Positions 36,645-45,178 of a stretch of 64,000 nucleotides of DNA are shown here, piece by piece. Below the pieces are notes generated by a model. That model was given only the letters and a program-made list of their open reading frames with translations. It was not told the origin of the DNA and searched no databases. Both the position numbers and the translations under genes were made by a program. The DNA lies in contig CAXXKT010000002.1 in NCBI GenBank assembly GCA_963662405.2, positions 6,578 to 70,577 on the forward strand, in the 5' to 3' direction. The DNA is from Syntrophales bacterium (lineage in GTDB: Bacteria > Desulfobacterota > Syntrophia > Syntrophales > UBA2210). Within the stretch, counting starts at the first letter, position 1. The number at the start of each line of letters is the position of its first letter.

Positions 36645-37541
36645 TTATGCCGAAGAGGACTTTGTCGATACTGCAGTTTTCTTTTTGAAAGAAACCCCTG
36701 AGATCTCATAGGAAATCGCACCAAATTTACACGATGACTGCATACATTTCAGACAGCGAATACAATCGTGTTGATTGGCGCCTTCGTAAAACCGCACCCC
36801 CATGGGGCAGTGATTGTAGCACTCTTTACACAGGACGCATTTGTCGGGATAATGCACCATCCTGAAGACGCTGACTTTGTTGAAGAGGGAGTAGATCGCC
36901 CCCAGGGGGCAAACGATTCGGCAGAAGGGTCGCTTGATGAACACCATTAGGGCCAGGGAAATGATCAGAATAACGATCTTGTTGAAATAGAGCCAACCGA
37001 AGAGTTCACGCAACTGGGGCTGGAGAAGGGTAAGGGGAATCCCCGCCTCAAGTGTTCCCGCCGGGCAGACATATTTACAGAACCACGTGACCCCGTAACC
37101 GAGCCCGTCAACAGCCAGAAGGGGGAGAAGGATTACAAAAAGGGCCAGAAAGCCGTATTTGAGATAGGTTAACCAGCGAGGGATCTCCATCTTACGCGAG
37201 GGAATCTTGTAAATCAGCTCCTGAAGAAAGCCGAAGGGGCAGACCCAGGCACAGGGCATGCGTCCGACCAGGCTCCCGGTCATCCCCAGTACCCCCAAGA
37301 CATACAGACCGATGTGCGTATTGCCCGCCTTGAGACTCGGCCTGACATTCGCGAAAAGCGTCTGGAGCGAACCGAGGGGGCAGGCCCCCGTCGCCGCCGG
37401 GCAGGAATAACAGTTGAGCCCGGGGACGCAGATTGATTTGAGCTTCCCCTGGTATATGTTCCGGGTAAAGGGGAAGAGGAGGTAGGCGTTGCTGATCAGT
37501 GTTGCCGCACCCTGTATCCATCGTCGCAGGCGCGCCATCAT
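36645..37541 (-). CDS. membrane polyferredoxin (NapH/MauN-like 4Fe-4S binding protein)
   Basis: Start moved to ATG 37541 (MMARLRRW), which overlaps the upstream miniprotein stop. It has repeated CxxCxxxCP motifs (CYSCPAATGACP, CKYVCPAG, CVLCKECYNHCP) within TM segments. Confidence 0.75.
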   Translation of the reverse strand: MMARLRRWIQGAATLISNAYLLFPFTRNIYQGKLKSICVPGLNCYSCPAATGACPLGSLQTLFANVRPSLKAGNTHIGLYVLGVLGMTGSLVGRMPCAWVCPFGFLQELIYKIPSRKMEIPRWLTYLKYGFLALFVILLPLLAVDGLGYGVTWFCKYVCPAGTLEAGIPLTLLQPQLRELFGWLYFNKIVILIISLALMVFIKRPFCRIVCPLGAIYSLFNKVSVFRMVHYPDKCVLCKECYNHCPMGVRFYEGANQHDCIRCLKCMQSSCKFGAISYEISGVSFKKKTAVSTKSSSA

Positions 37542-37684
37542 CCGATACCTATGCAACTCAGACAGATACGGACAGCTTTCTCCCAGACAGCCGCTGCTTC
37601 TCCATTGATAATACCGATAATGACACAAGCCAGGGAGAGAAAAAAGAGAATGAAGCCACCCTTGCTGACGTTTTTCCGTATCAT
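37538..37684 (-). CDS. 48-aa membrane miniprotein with C-terminal CxxC (CD1871A-like family, from memory)
   Basis: Not in the ORF track. Translation: MIRKNVSKGGFILFFLSLACVIIGIINGEAAAVWEKAVRICLSCIGIG. ATGA overlap with the polyferredoxin gene. Confidence 0.5.
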   Translation of the reverse strand: MIRKNVSKGGFILFFLSLACVIIGIINGEAAAVWEKAVRICLSCIGIG

Positions 37685-37717
37685 AGAATCCCTTTTCTAT
37701 CGGGTGATTAAACGATA

Positions 37718-38236
37718 TTAGTTGTTTGCACGCTCCTTCTCACACTCATCAAGAAGTGCGACTATCTTTCCTTCGATGAATGCCTTGTCTCGGCGGCCGA
37801 GGATTGATTCCACGACCGCTCCGTTTTTTATCAGATAGGAGAGAGGGATAGCAGAGATACGATAGTGTTTGGCGACCTTTTCGCCTCCCCAGTAAACGGG
37901 GAACTTGAGCCCCATCTGATCCACAAGCGGTTGCATTGCCGATGGTCCCCCCATATCAAGGCTGATCCCAATTATCTTAAGGCCTCTGTCTTTGTACTTC
38001 TCATACATCTCCTGGAGAACCGGTAGTTCTGCCCGGCACGGAGCGCACCACGCAGCCATGGCGACCAGCATAACAGGGCACCCCCGTTCCTGTATCAATG
38101 TTTCGATTCCGGCAACATCAATAGGAACGATGGTGTTTTTTGTGTCCTGCGGAGGGGATGGTTCATCCTGAGAACAGCTGGAGGATATGGCCACGCACAA
38201 TAGAATGACCAGAACAATCATCAATTTTTTTTTCAT
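37718..38236 (-). CDS. TlpA/ResA-like thiol:disulfide oxidoreductase lipoprotein
   Basis: Start moved to MKKKLMIVLVILLCVAISSSCS (lipobox). It has a thioredoxin-fold WCAPC active site. Confidence 0.8.
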   Translation of the reverse strand: MKKKLMIVLVILLCVAISSSCSQDEPSPPQDTKNTIVPIDVAGIETLIQERGCPVMLVAMAAWCAPCRAELPVLQEMYEKYKDRGLKIIGISLDMGGPSAMQPLVDQMGLKFPVYWGGEKVAKHYRISAIPLSYLIKNGAVVESILGRRDKAFIEGKIVALLDECEKERANN

Positions 38237-38360
38237 AGTTTCCCCTTGATCTTGCTTGGTATCCTTCGCTCGAAGTTGAAACACCGATGAACTTTATCAT
38301 AATGGGACTGCAAATCAAGGGTTTTCGGCTTTATGATAGGCAACAGCGAACGAGAATCGA

Positions 38361-38564
38361 TCAGAAGGAGAGCGCTTCGCCCTTTCTCCGGCGATTTTTT
38401 GAGGTATGATCGCCGTTGTCCCCCAACTTCGCTTTTTTCCTGCGGCATTCCATGCACCGTCTGGGGATGCTGAAATTACGGGTTCTGTACCTGCGCTGTT
38501 CGGAGGCGGTGAAGACAAATTCATCCCCGCACTGAATGCACCTGATTGTGATATCGTCCACCAT
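38361..38564 (-). CDS. zinc-ribbon protein
   Basis: Start moved to MVDDITIRCIQCGDEFVFTASEQRRY...PRRCMECRRKK (two CxxC pairs). It is the last gene of the kamA operon string. Confidence 0.55.
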   Translation of the reverse strand: MVDDITIRCIQCGDEFVFTASEQRRYRTRNFSIPRRCMECRRKKAKLGDNGDHTSKNRRRKGEALSF

Positions 38565-38580
38565 TCGGTTCCTATCGGTA

Positions 38581-39063
38581 TTATTGCGATTTATCAATGT
38601 TCTTCATGAAGATGACCTTGGTGTCTCCCTGCCGGTAGAAATCCTCCAGGATACAGACACTGCCATACCCCTGCTTTTTATAGAACCGTCGGGCAGGGGC
38701 ATATGGAGGGGAGCTTGAGGTATCGACATACACCTTTCCGCCTCCTTGCATGGCAATAATCTTCTCCATGAACTCGACAAGTTCGGACGCAACACCCCTC
38801 CCTCGAACCGGTGGATCTATCGCGATCCAATAAAGGTCATAGCGACGATCAGTCATCGGTATCGGGCCGAAGCAGATATACCCTCGGAATTGCCCCGCTT
38901 CGTCATAGGAGGAAAAGGCCTGATAGTCGCCACCATCCTTTCGCGCCAGTACCTGATCGACAATCTCCATCGCGACGGCGATCTCTGCTTCGTTAAAAAC
39001 GCCCGTCTGTTTCAGAATACGGAGGATCTCTTTTCTATCCTGATGTGTTATCGGTTTGATCAT
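38581..39063 (-). CDS. GNAT-family N-acetyltransferase
   Basis: Start moved to ATG 39063 (MIKPITHQDR). It has the acetyl-CoA motif VRGRGVASELVEFMEKI...ARRFYKKQGY. One nt separates it from the upstream stop. Confidence 0.8.
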   Translation of the reverse strand: MIKPITHQDRKEILRILKQTGVFNEAEIAVAMEIVDQVLARKDGGDYQAFSSYDEAGQFRGYICFGPIPMTDRRYDLYWIAIDPPVRGRGVASELVEFMEKIIAMQGGGKVYVDTSSSPPYAPARRFYKKQGYGSVCILEDFYRQGDTKVIFMKNIDKSQ

Positions 39064-39064
39064 A

Positions 39065-40063
39065 TCAGCACAACCGGAGTGACATAAATTGCAAGAAATA
39101 ACGCACCATCTCAGCATACGGAATCCCCGCATGTGAGAGAGAAGCGACAAATCCCGCATCCGGGCTGATGCACGGATTCGCATTAATCTCAAGGACAAAG
39201 GGGGTGTTCCGGGAGTCCGTCCTGATGTCGACCCGTGCATAGTCCCTGAGCATGAAGATACGAAAGCATTCACGGGCGATCTCCTCGAGTGATCCCTTGA
39301 GCGGAGAGGGGAGGTTATGAGGGAATTTTCTGACGGCGTTGTGATATTCCGGTGCCGATGCATCCCATTTTGCCCGATATCCAACGATACGATGGGTATC
39401 GGCCGGAAATGCCGAAAAATCTATCTCTGCTATCGACATCACATCGGCCGTGGGATAACCGAAAAGGGAGACGTTGAATTCCCTTCCGTCGATGTATTCC
39501 TCGACGAGCAGGGACCCGAACCGTTTGTGAAGAGAGGGAAGTGCCTCCCGCAGGACATTTTCATCAAGAAAGACCGATTCCTGATCGATCCCGATACTGG
39601 CGTCCTCGAATCTCGGTTTTACGATGATCGGGAAAGCGAGACAGGCGGCATTAAAATGGGGAGTACCTTCATATATGAGATATCCCGGTGTCCGTATTCC
39701 ACACGCCTTCAATATCCGTTTTGTCGTGACCTTATCCGTCGTATAGGTGATGGCCCACGAGGGTGATCCGGTAAAGGGGATTCCCAGGAGCTCGAGGAGA
39801 GCGGCGGCGTGACCGGAAAAGAGAGGATTCTCATCGACGGTCTCACAGAGGTTGAAGACCTGATCGACGGGCTTGTCCCGAATCGTTGCAAGAAACGCAT
39901 CTACATTCCGGGAAAAAGGAATTCGTATGGAGGGGTAACCCAGATCGCAGAAGACTTTCTCGATCGCGGCCACCTGTCTCATGACATCAGAAGAGGACTC
40001 GGAAAAAGAGTAGGGACCTGATGGTGGGACATTGTGCACCAATCCTATCAATGAGTTCTTCAT
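39065..40063 (-). CDS. ATP-grasp ligase, D-alanine--D-alanine ligase family (paralog 2)
   Basis: 332 aa with ATP-grasp blocks (FPIIVKPRFEDASIGI, LVEEYIDGREFNVSL, ARVDIR...FVLEINANPCISP). Confidence 0.75.
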   Translation of the reverse strand: MKNSLIGLVHNVPPSGPYSFSESSSDVMRQVAAIEKVFCDLGYPSIRIPFSRNVDAFLATIRDKPVDQVFNLCETVDENPLFSGHAAALLELLGIPFTGSPSWAITYTTDKVTTKRILKACGIRTPGYLIYEGTPHFNAACLAFPIIVKPRFEDASIGIDQESVFLDENVLREALPSLHKRFGSLLVEEYIDGREFNVSLFGYPTADVMSIAEIDFSAFPADTHRIVGYRAKWDASAPEYHNAVRKFPHNLPSPLKGSLEEIARECFRIFMLRDYARVDIRTDSRNTPFVLEINANPCISPDAGFVASLSHAGIPYAEMVRYFLQFMSLRLC

Positions 40064-40066
40064 GGC

Positions 40067-41062
40067 CTACATACATACCTTACCCGCGCCGTTCAAGCGG
40101 CCCAGGGCAGAGCGCATAATCGCATCAATCAGCGCGGTGTAGGTCATCCCCCTCCGTGCGGCGATGATACAGAGGTCCGAATTTTCCGGATGAAGTCCGG
40201 CAATGGGATTCACCTCCATGAAGTTCGGCACCCCCGCGGTATCCACGCGCAGGTCCACACGCCCCGAATCTCTTCCCCCGAGGCCGTGCCATGCCCTGAG
40301 TGCCGTCTCTTCCGCCTGCCGTGCTATTCCATCGTCCACCAGGCGGTATTCGACCCGTTCCTTGAAACGCTCTTTATTCTCGTAGGAATAGACTTCCGGG
40401 TCGGCGTTGTCCTTGAGCAGGACCTCAATGGTGCCCATTGATACGGCATTCTTCCCCGTGCCGAGGATCCCCACGGTGAATTCGCGGCCGGGGAGAAAGG
40501 TTTCCACTAATGCGGCCTGTCGGTGTTCTCGGATAATCTTTTTGCATACCTGTTCAAGTGCATGCCGATCGGTAATCTTTGATGCGGCGTCAATCCCTTT
40601 TCCGGTCCCCTCTGCGACGGGTTTCGCAAAGAGAGGGTAGGGGAGATCAACGGTGGCAATCTCCGCCTCCGATTCCACGATACAGAACGAGGGGGTAGGG
40701 ATTCCCAGATCCCGGAGTACCCGCTTCACCATCCCCTTGTGCAGGGTCAGGGAGAGGATCAGGGGATCGGAGAATGTATAGGGAATTCCGTACGCATCGA
40801 GAAGCGCGGGGACTTGTGCCTCACGCCCGTATCCCCGGAGACCCTCGGCGATGTTGAAGACGATATCCCAGCGATCTCCCGAGCTGAGCCGCTGCACCAG
40901 GGCCTTGACGTTGCCGATCCTTACGGGTTCATGTCCGAGATCCCTCAGACTTGTTTCTATCGCGAGGATCGTCTCCTCACGGTCGAACTCCGCCGTCGCC
41001 TCGGCGCCGTATCCGGCACGGAGATACTCATCGCGGAGATCGTAGGTCATACCAACTTTCAT
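40067..41062 (-). CDS. ATP-grasp ligase, D-alanine--D-alanine ligase family (paralog 1)
   Basis: Start moved to ATG 41062 (MKVGMTYDL). ATP-grasp blocks: YPLFAKPVAEGTGKGI, LVETFLPGREFTVGI, GRVDLRVD...NFMEVNPIAGLHP. Confidence 0.75.
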   Translation of the reverse strand: MKVGMTYDLRDEYLRAGYGAEATAEFDREETILAIETSLRDLGHEPVRIGNVKALVQRLSSGDRWDIVFNIAEGLRGYGREAQVPALLDAYGIPYTFSDPLILSLTLHKGMVKRVLRDLGIPTPSFCIVESEAEIATVDLPYPLFAKPVAEGTGKGIDAASKITDRHALEQVCKKIIREHRQAALVETFLPGREFTVGILGTGKNAVSMGTIEVLLKDNADPEVYSYENKERFKERVEYRLVDDGIARQAEETALRAWHGLGGRDSGRVDLRVDTAGVPNFMEVNPIAGLHPENSDLCIIAARRGMTYTALIDAIMRSALGRLNGAGKVCM

Positions 41063-41086
41063 CGCTTGCAAAATTCTCCTCAACGC

Positions 41087-42385
41087 CTAATGAATCTGAG
41101 CCGCATCCCCGTCGAAATACCGATAGAGATCGCCGGCATAGTTCTTCAGAACGACGTCGTCGCCCTCCCGCCCCATCACGTAATCGGGCATCAGGGGGAC
41201 TTTTCCCCCTCCGCCGGGACAGTCGATGACGTACGTCGGAACGGCGAAGCCGCTCGTGTAGCCACGCAGTCCCCTGATAATCTCCAGCCCTTTCTCGACC
41301 GGTGTCCTGAAATGTCCCGATCCGATAATCGGGTCACACTGGTAGAGATAGTAGGGCCTGACACGCATCATGACCAAGCCGTGAAAGAGCCGGCGCATAG
41401 TTTCAACGTCGTCGTTGATCCCAGAGAGCAGAACCGTCTGGCTCTGCAGGGGGATCCCGGCGTTCGCGAGATTGCTGCAGGCCTTTCTCACGTCCTCCGT
41501 CAGCTCCGCGGGATGGGTAAAGTGGATACTCATCCAGAGGGGATGGAACCGCCCCAGCATCCGGCAGAGGGCGGGGGTAATACGCTGAGGCATGACCACC
41601 GGCGCCTTGGTGCCGATTCGCAATATCTCGACGTGGGGGATCCGGCGCAATCGGGACAGGAGCCATTCCAGAGTGTCGTCCGGAAGGGTCAGAGGATCTC
41701 CCCCCGAAAGCAGGACGTCACGTATCGCACTGTTCGATTCGATATATTCTATTACCTTGTTCCACCTGTCTATCGAAAGACTGTGGTCCTTGGGACCTCC
41801 CACAATCCGTGACCGGGTACAATAGCGGCAGTAGGTCGAGCAGGTATCGGTTATAAGGAAGAGCACCCTGTCGGGATAACGATGAACCAGGCCAGGCATG
41901 GGGGCATCCTTCTCCTCTCCCAGGGGGTCCTCACTCTCTCCCCGGGTCCTGACCCTTTCCGCCGCGGTCGGAATAACCGTTCGTCGCAGTGGTTGGGAGG
42001 GATCGCATGGATCGAGAAGGCTTGCGTAATATGGTGTGATCGCAACGGGTAATGCGGTACCATACGCGCTGAGAGCGCTGCGCTCTTCCGCGCTGAGTCG
42101 GAACATCCCTTCGAGTTCGTCCAATGTAGTGATTCGATGGCGGAGCTGCCAGCGCCAGTCATTCCACTCGAGCGCACTCGCCCCCTTAAAAAATTTCCTT
42201 CGGAACTGGAGGGCCCCGCATTTCGCAGAAAATCCCGAAACAGCTTCCAATCTCGAGACTTTTTCCAGACCTGCACCGTCCGTTTTGATTCTATGAGCGT
42301 CTGTGTTTACCGTTCCAAGGGTCACAGACGCGGTACTACCGTCGGGAGGCTCGCCATCCTCAAGGCTGATTTCCTGTTTCTCCAT
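41087..42385 (-). CDS. kamA: lysine 2,3-aminomutase (radical SAM, KamA/AblA family) with ~80-aa N-terminal extension
   Basis: 432 aa. The CSTYCRYCTRS cluster motif, LSGGDPL, and WNDWRWQLRHRITTLDEL are characteristic of KamA-family enzymes. Confidence 0.85.
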   Translation of the reverse strand: MEKQEISLEDGEPPDGSTASVTLGTVNTDAHRIKTDGAGLEKVSRLEAVSGFSAKCGALQFRRKFFKGASALEWNDWRWQLRHRITTLDELEGMFRLSAEERSALSAYGTALPVAITPYYASLLDPCDPSQPLRRTVIPTAAERVRTRGESEDPLGEEKDAPMPGLVHRYPDRVLFLITDTCSTYCRYCTRSRIVGGPKDHSLSIDRWNKVIEYIESNSAIRDVLLSGGDPLTLPDDTLEWLLSRLRRIPHVEILRIGTKAPVVMPQRITPALCRMLGRFHPLWMSIHFTHPAELTEDVRKACSNLANAGIPLQSQTVLLSGINDDVETMRRLFHGLVMMRVRPYYLYQCDPIIGSGHFRTPVEKGLEIIRGLRGYTSGFAVPTYVIDCPGGGGKVPLMPDYVMGREGDDVVLKNYAGDLYRYFDGDAAQIH

Positions 42386-42424
42386 CGTTATTTTCCCCCT
42401 CGTTTGGGAATGCGAATCGAATCG

Positions 42425-42712
42425 TTATTCCAATACTTCATAAGACAATACCTTGATCACTCGATCTCCCTCATCTTCAACGATCTCTCCGGCGACCTTC
42501 ACCTTCTCTCCGGCGTGACCAGCCAGTTCCTCCCCGTTATCATCCGTCATTATTTCGTAAACCTGATCGCCGTCTGCGATAATCTGAAAGTCATCGTTGA
42601 CCTCACCCACGATCGTCACCGTACTCGCCCCCCATGCAACACCCGAGATCAACACGGTAGTCATTATCAACACAAACCCCAGACATACAAAACACCGTAC
42701 CTTCTGAAACAT
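42425..42712 (-). CDS. small exported protein (95 aa), first gene behind the sigma-54 promoter
   Basis: ATG 42712 lies 10 nt after AAGGAGG. The signal-like MFQKVRCFVCLGFVLIMTTVLISGVAWG is followed by an acidic beta-rich domain. Confidence 0.6.
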   Translation of the reverse strand: MFQKVRCFVCLGFVLIMTTVLISGVAWGASTVTIVGEVNDDFQIIADGDQVYEIMTDDNGEELAGHAGEKVKVAGEIVEDEGDRVIKVLSYEVLE

Positions 42713-42754
42713 ACTAATCAAGCCTCCTTGTTGAGAATACTTTTCAACCGCTGA

Positions 42755-42770
42755 GCAAACAATGTGCCCA
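42755..42770 (-). promoter_or_regulatory. sigma-54 promoter (GG-N10-GC): TGGGCACATTGTTTGC on the minus strand
   Basis: The reverse complement of 42755-42770 gives GGCAC-N5-TTGC with exact -24/-12 spacing. It lies ~30 nt upstream of the RBS/ATG at 42712 and next to the gene for a sigma-54 activator. Confidence 0.7.
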
Positions 42771-42823
42771 GCACATAACTATGCGATATCATGCATTGAA
42801 GAGATTATTGGGACCGCAGGGAT

Positions 42824-42840
42824 CGGAACCCTGAGTTCCG
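42824..42840. promoter_or_regulatory. palindrome CGGAA-N7-TTCCG (candidate enhancer/UAS 1)
   Basis: ATCGGAACCCTGAGTTCCGAT has 8-bp perfect arms, about 90 bp upstream of the predicted sigma-54 start. Confidence 0.45.
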
Positions 42841-42946
42841 ATTAAAGAAAACGGTGAAACGAAAAGACTTCAGATATAAAGTAATACCCTTTGTTATTAT
42901 AGGCTAATACGACGAGAGGAACTAATTGTTCCCATTACAGGTATAC

Positions 42947-42963
42947 CGGAATTGAGAATTCCG
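42947..42963. promoter_or_regulatory. palindrome CGGAA-N7-TTCCG (candidate enhancer/UAS 2)
   Basis: CGGAATTGAGAATTCCG has the same half-sites and spacing as 42824-42840, about 210 bp upstream of the predicted start. Confidence 0.45.
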
Positions 42964-43019
42964 ATTCTGTATCACAGGGGGGGGCAAAGAGGGCGTCGGG
43001 AAGATAGCAAATCGGCAGA

Positions 43020-44471
43020 TTACCTGGGCGAATTCATTCTCGGCACCTTAAAATCGTTCTTGTTGAGGTCGTAGCGGTTCAACAGCTTGGAGAGCTGGCG
43101 GGTGGTAATCCCTGCCCTCCGCGCGGTGGCACTGATGCTTCCGCGTTCCTCAGCAAGGATCTCCTTCAGGTAGAGACGTTCCACCTGTTCGACCCCCGCC
43201 TGTCTGAGCTCCTTGAGGGTCAGCGAGGAGTCGATCCGGATCCCCCCCGCACCGGCCTCGTTTTCAAAGAGTTCACCCGGGAAACTCTCGGGGTTCAGGA
43301 CCGATGATTGCTCGATAATATGAGCCCGTTCGATTAGGTTCTGAAGCTCACGTATATTCCCCGGCCATGAGTAGCGCATGAACGCCTGCAGTACATCGGG
43401 ATGGATGTCACGGATTTCCTTCTTTGAAAACTGATTCAGTTTTTTCAGGAATATCTCGACGAAGAGGCGTATATCCTCCCTGCGCTCCCGTAAGGAAGGG
43501 ATCTCAATGGGAAAGACGTTCAGGCGATAGAAGAGATCTCTCCTGAATGTGCCGGCATCGGTCATCCTTTTCAGGTCCGTGTTTGTTGCGGCGATCGTCC
43601 GGACATCGGCATTGATTATCTCCTCACCACCTACCCGCTGAAAGAGCCCCTCCTGAAGGATCTGGAGGAGTTTGATCTGCGCGGCGGGGGTGATCGTTCC
43701 GATCTCGTCGAGGAAGATGGTCCCCCCCTTTGCGATTTCAAATTTTCCCAGTTGTCTCCTCACGGCGCCCGTAAATGAACCCTTTTCGTGCCCGAAGAGT
43801 TCACTCTCCAGGAGCGTTTCGGGAATTGCACCGCAGTGGAGACTGATGAAGGGACCGTCCTTTCGATTACTGTGCCGGTGGATCAGTTTTGCGAGAACGC
43901 TCTTGCCGGTCCCCGTGTCGCCGCTGATCAGAACGGTGCTGTTGGTGGACGCGACCAGCCGGGCCTTCTCGAAAACCTGTTTCATCGCCGGGCTTCTCGT
44001 CTGGACCAGTTCGAGCGAGTCCCCTTCCCAGAACTTGTCCCGAAGATATTCAAACTCAGACTGCATGACAATCGACTCATAGATGCTGTCCGCGACGTAT
44101 TTCACTTCATCGGGATCGAGTGGGTAGGTCAGATAGTTGCTTGCCCCGGCCTTGACCGCCATGACGGCTTCCCTGATCGTCTCCGGGGGCGACATGACGA
44201 TTATCTCCACATCGGGGGCGGCGAGCCAGAAGGGTTGGAGCGCTGTTTTGTATCCGTTTCCTCCTGTTCGGCTTCGGAGAATAGCGAGATCGATAAAGAG
44301 AAAATCGTAATGCCGATCGCGGAGCAGTTCTATGGCTATATCGAGATTGGCAGCCTCGTCAATCACCTTTCTCTCGCGAAAACCGGTACACACTGTCTGA
44401 AAAGCAGATCGATCCGGCGCGATTACAAGGGCAGTACGCGATGTTTTAGGTCGATTTCGGAATGATCCCAC
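43020..44471 (-). CDS. sigma-54-dependent response regulator (NtrC family)
   Basis: 483 aa: a receiver-like N-terminus, an AAA+ core (GDTGTGKSVLAKLIH, ESELFGHEKGSFTGA GAFTGA-type loop) and a C-terminal Fis-type HTH. GTG start as in the track. Confidence 0.9.
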   Translation of the reverse strand: MGSFRNRPKTSRTALVIAPDRSAFQTVCTGFRERKVIDEAANLDIAIELLRDRHYDFLFIDLAILRSRTGGNGYKTALQPFWLAAPDVEIIVMSPPETIREAVMAVKAGASNYLTYPLDPDEVKYVADSIYESIVMQSEFEYLRDKFWEGDSLELVQTRSPAMKQVFEKARLVASTNSTVLISGDTGTGKSVLAKLIHRHSNRKDGPFISLHCGAIPETLLESELFGHEKGSFTGAVRRQLGKFEIAKGGTIFLDEIGTITPAAQIKLLQILQEGLFQRVGGEEIINADVRTIAATNTDLKRMTDAGTFRRDLFYRLNVFPIEIPSLRERREDIRLFVEIFLKKLNQFSKKEIRDIHPDVLQAFMRYSWPGNIRELQNLIERAHIIEQSSVLNPESFPGELFENEAGAGGIRIDSSLTLKELRQAGVEQVERLYLKEILAEERGSISATARRAGITTRQLSKLLNRYDLNKNDFKVPRMNSPR

Positions 44472-44695
44472 CCCTCAGAGTATCCTCCCTTCGATTAAGC
44501 AATTTCCGCATATGTATCATGACTCCCAATCCGGAAACCGTATTTTTTCTCTTTATTCCTGTTTTCATAATGATTCAAGTCTTTTCACACCCCCTTCAAG
44601 AAGAACAGGAAACGTACTTCTTGACATATAACCTCAATGGAGTTAATCCCTTTGGCAAGCTAAACAATTAATTCTTCTGAAAAGGAGCTTGAATC

Positions 44696-45007
44696 ATGTC
44701 AAAATCACGTATCGTAATGTACATTCTTACAGGTCTGTTGGTGGCCTTTTTCCTCGGCTGTGCCTCAACACCCCAAACGGAAAGCACCGGAGAGTACATC
44801 GATGATACGGTAATCACCACCAAGGTTAAAGCCCTGCTTGCCAAGGATGACGTGTTGAAATCATTTCAGATCGGTGTCGAAACCTTCAAAGGAGTTGTCC
44901 AACTGAGCGGTTTTGTCAACGCTGAAAAGACCCGTGAAAAGGCGAGGGCCATTGCCGGGACCGTCAAAGGAGTCAAATCCGTCAAAAACGACCTGATCAT
45001 AAAATAG
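44696..45007 (+). CDS. BON-domain lipoprotein (OsmY-like)
   Basis: 103 aa with lipobox FFLGCAS and BON pattern DDTVITTKVKALLAKD...VETFKGVVQLSGFV...VKGVKSVKNDL. Confidence 0.85.
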   Translation: MSKSRIVMYILTGLLVAFFLGCASTPQTESTGEYIDDTVITTKVKALLAKDDVLKSFQIGVETFKGVVQLSGFVNAEKTREKARAIAGTVKGVKSVKNDLIIK

Positions 45008-45178
45008 GATTTCCCCTTTTGCAGACAGGGGACAAGGCATTTAAAATGCGAGACGGTAGCAGTCCCTTTGCTCCTATTACATGAGGGAGGTGACGACCCT
45101 TTGTTCAGGCGGTATGTCGTTGCGTTGGTACTTTCATAGCCAGATTCCATGTTCGAATTCAGACCATACGGGGGCACA

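Noticed and set aside
42137-42754. A 205-aa plus-strand ORF spanning the kamA 5' end, the small exported-protein gene and the sigma-54 promoter
   Set aside because: It is antisense to two well-supported minus-strand genes and their RBSs, and it has no motifs.
44650-44668. TGGCAAGCTAAACAA upstream of the BON gene as a sigma-54 promoter
   Set aside because: Only the -24 TGGCA half matches. The position where TTGC should lie reads ACAA, so the GG-N10-GC rule fails.
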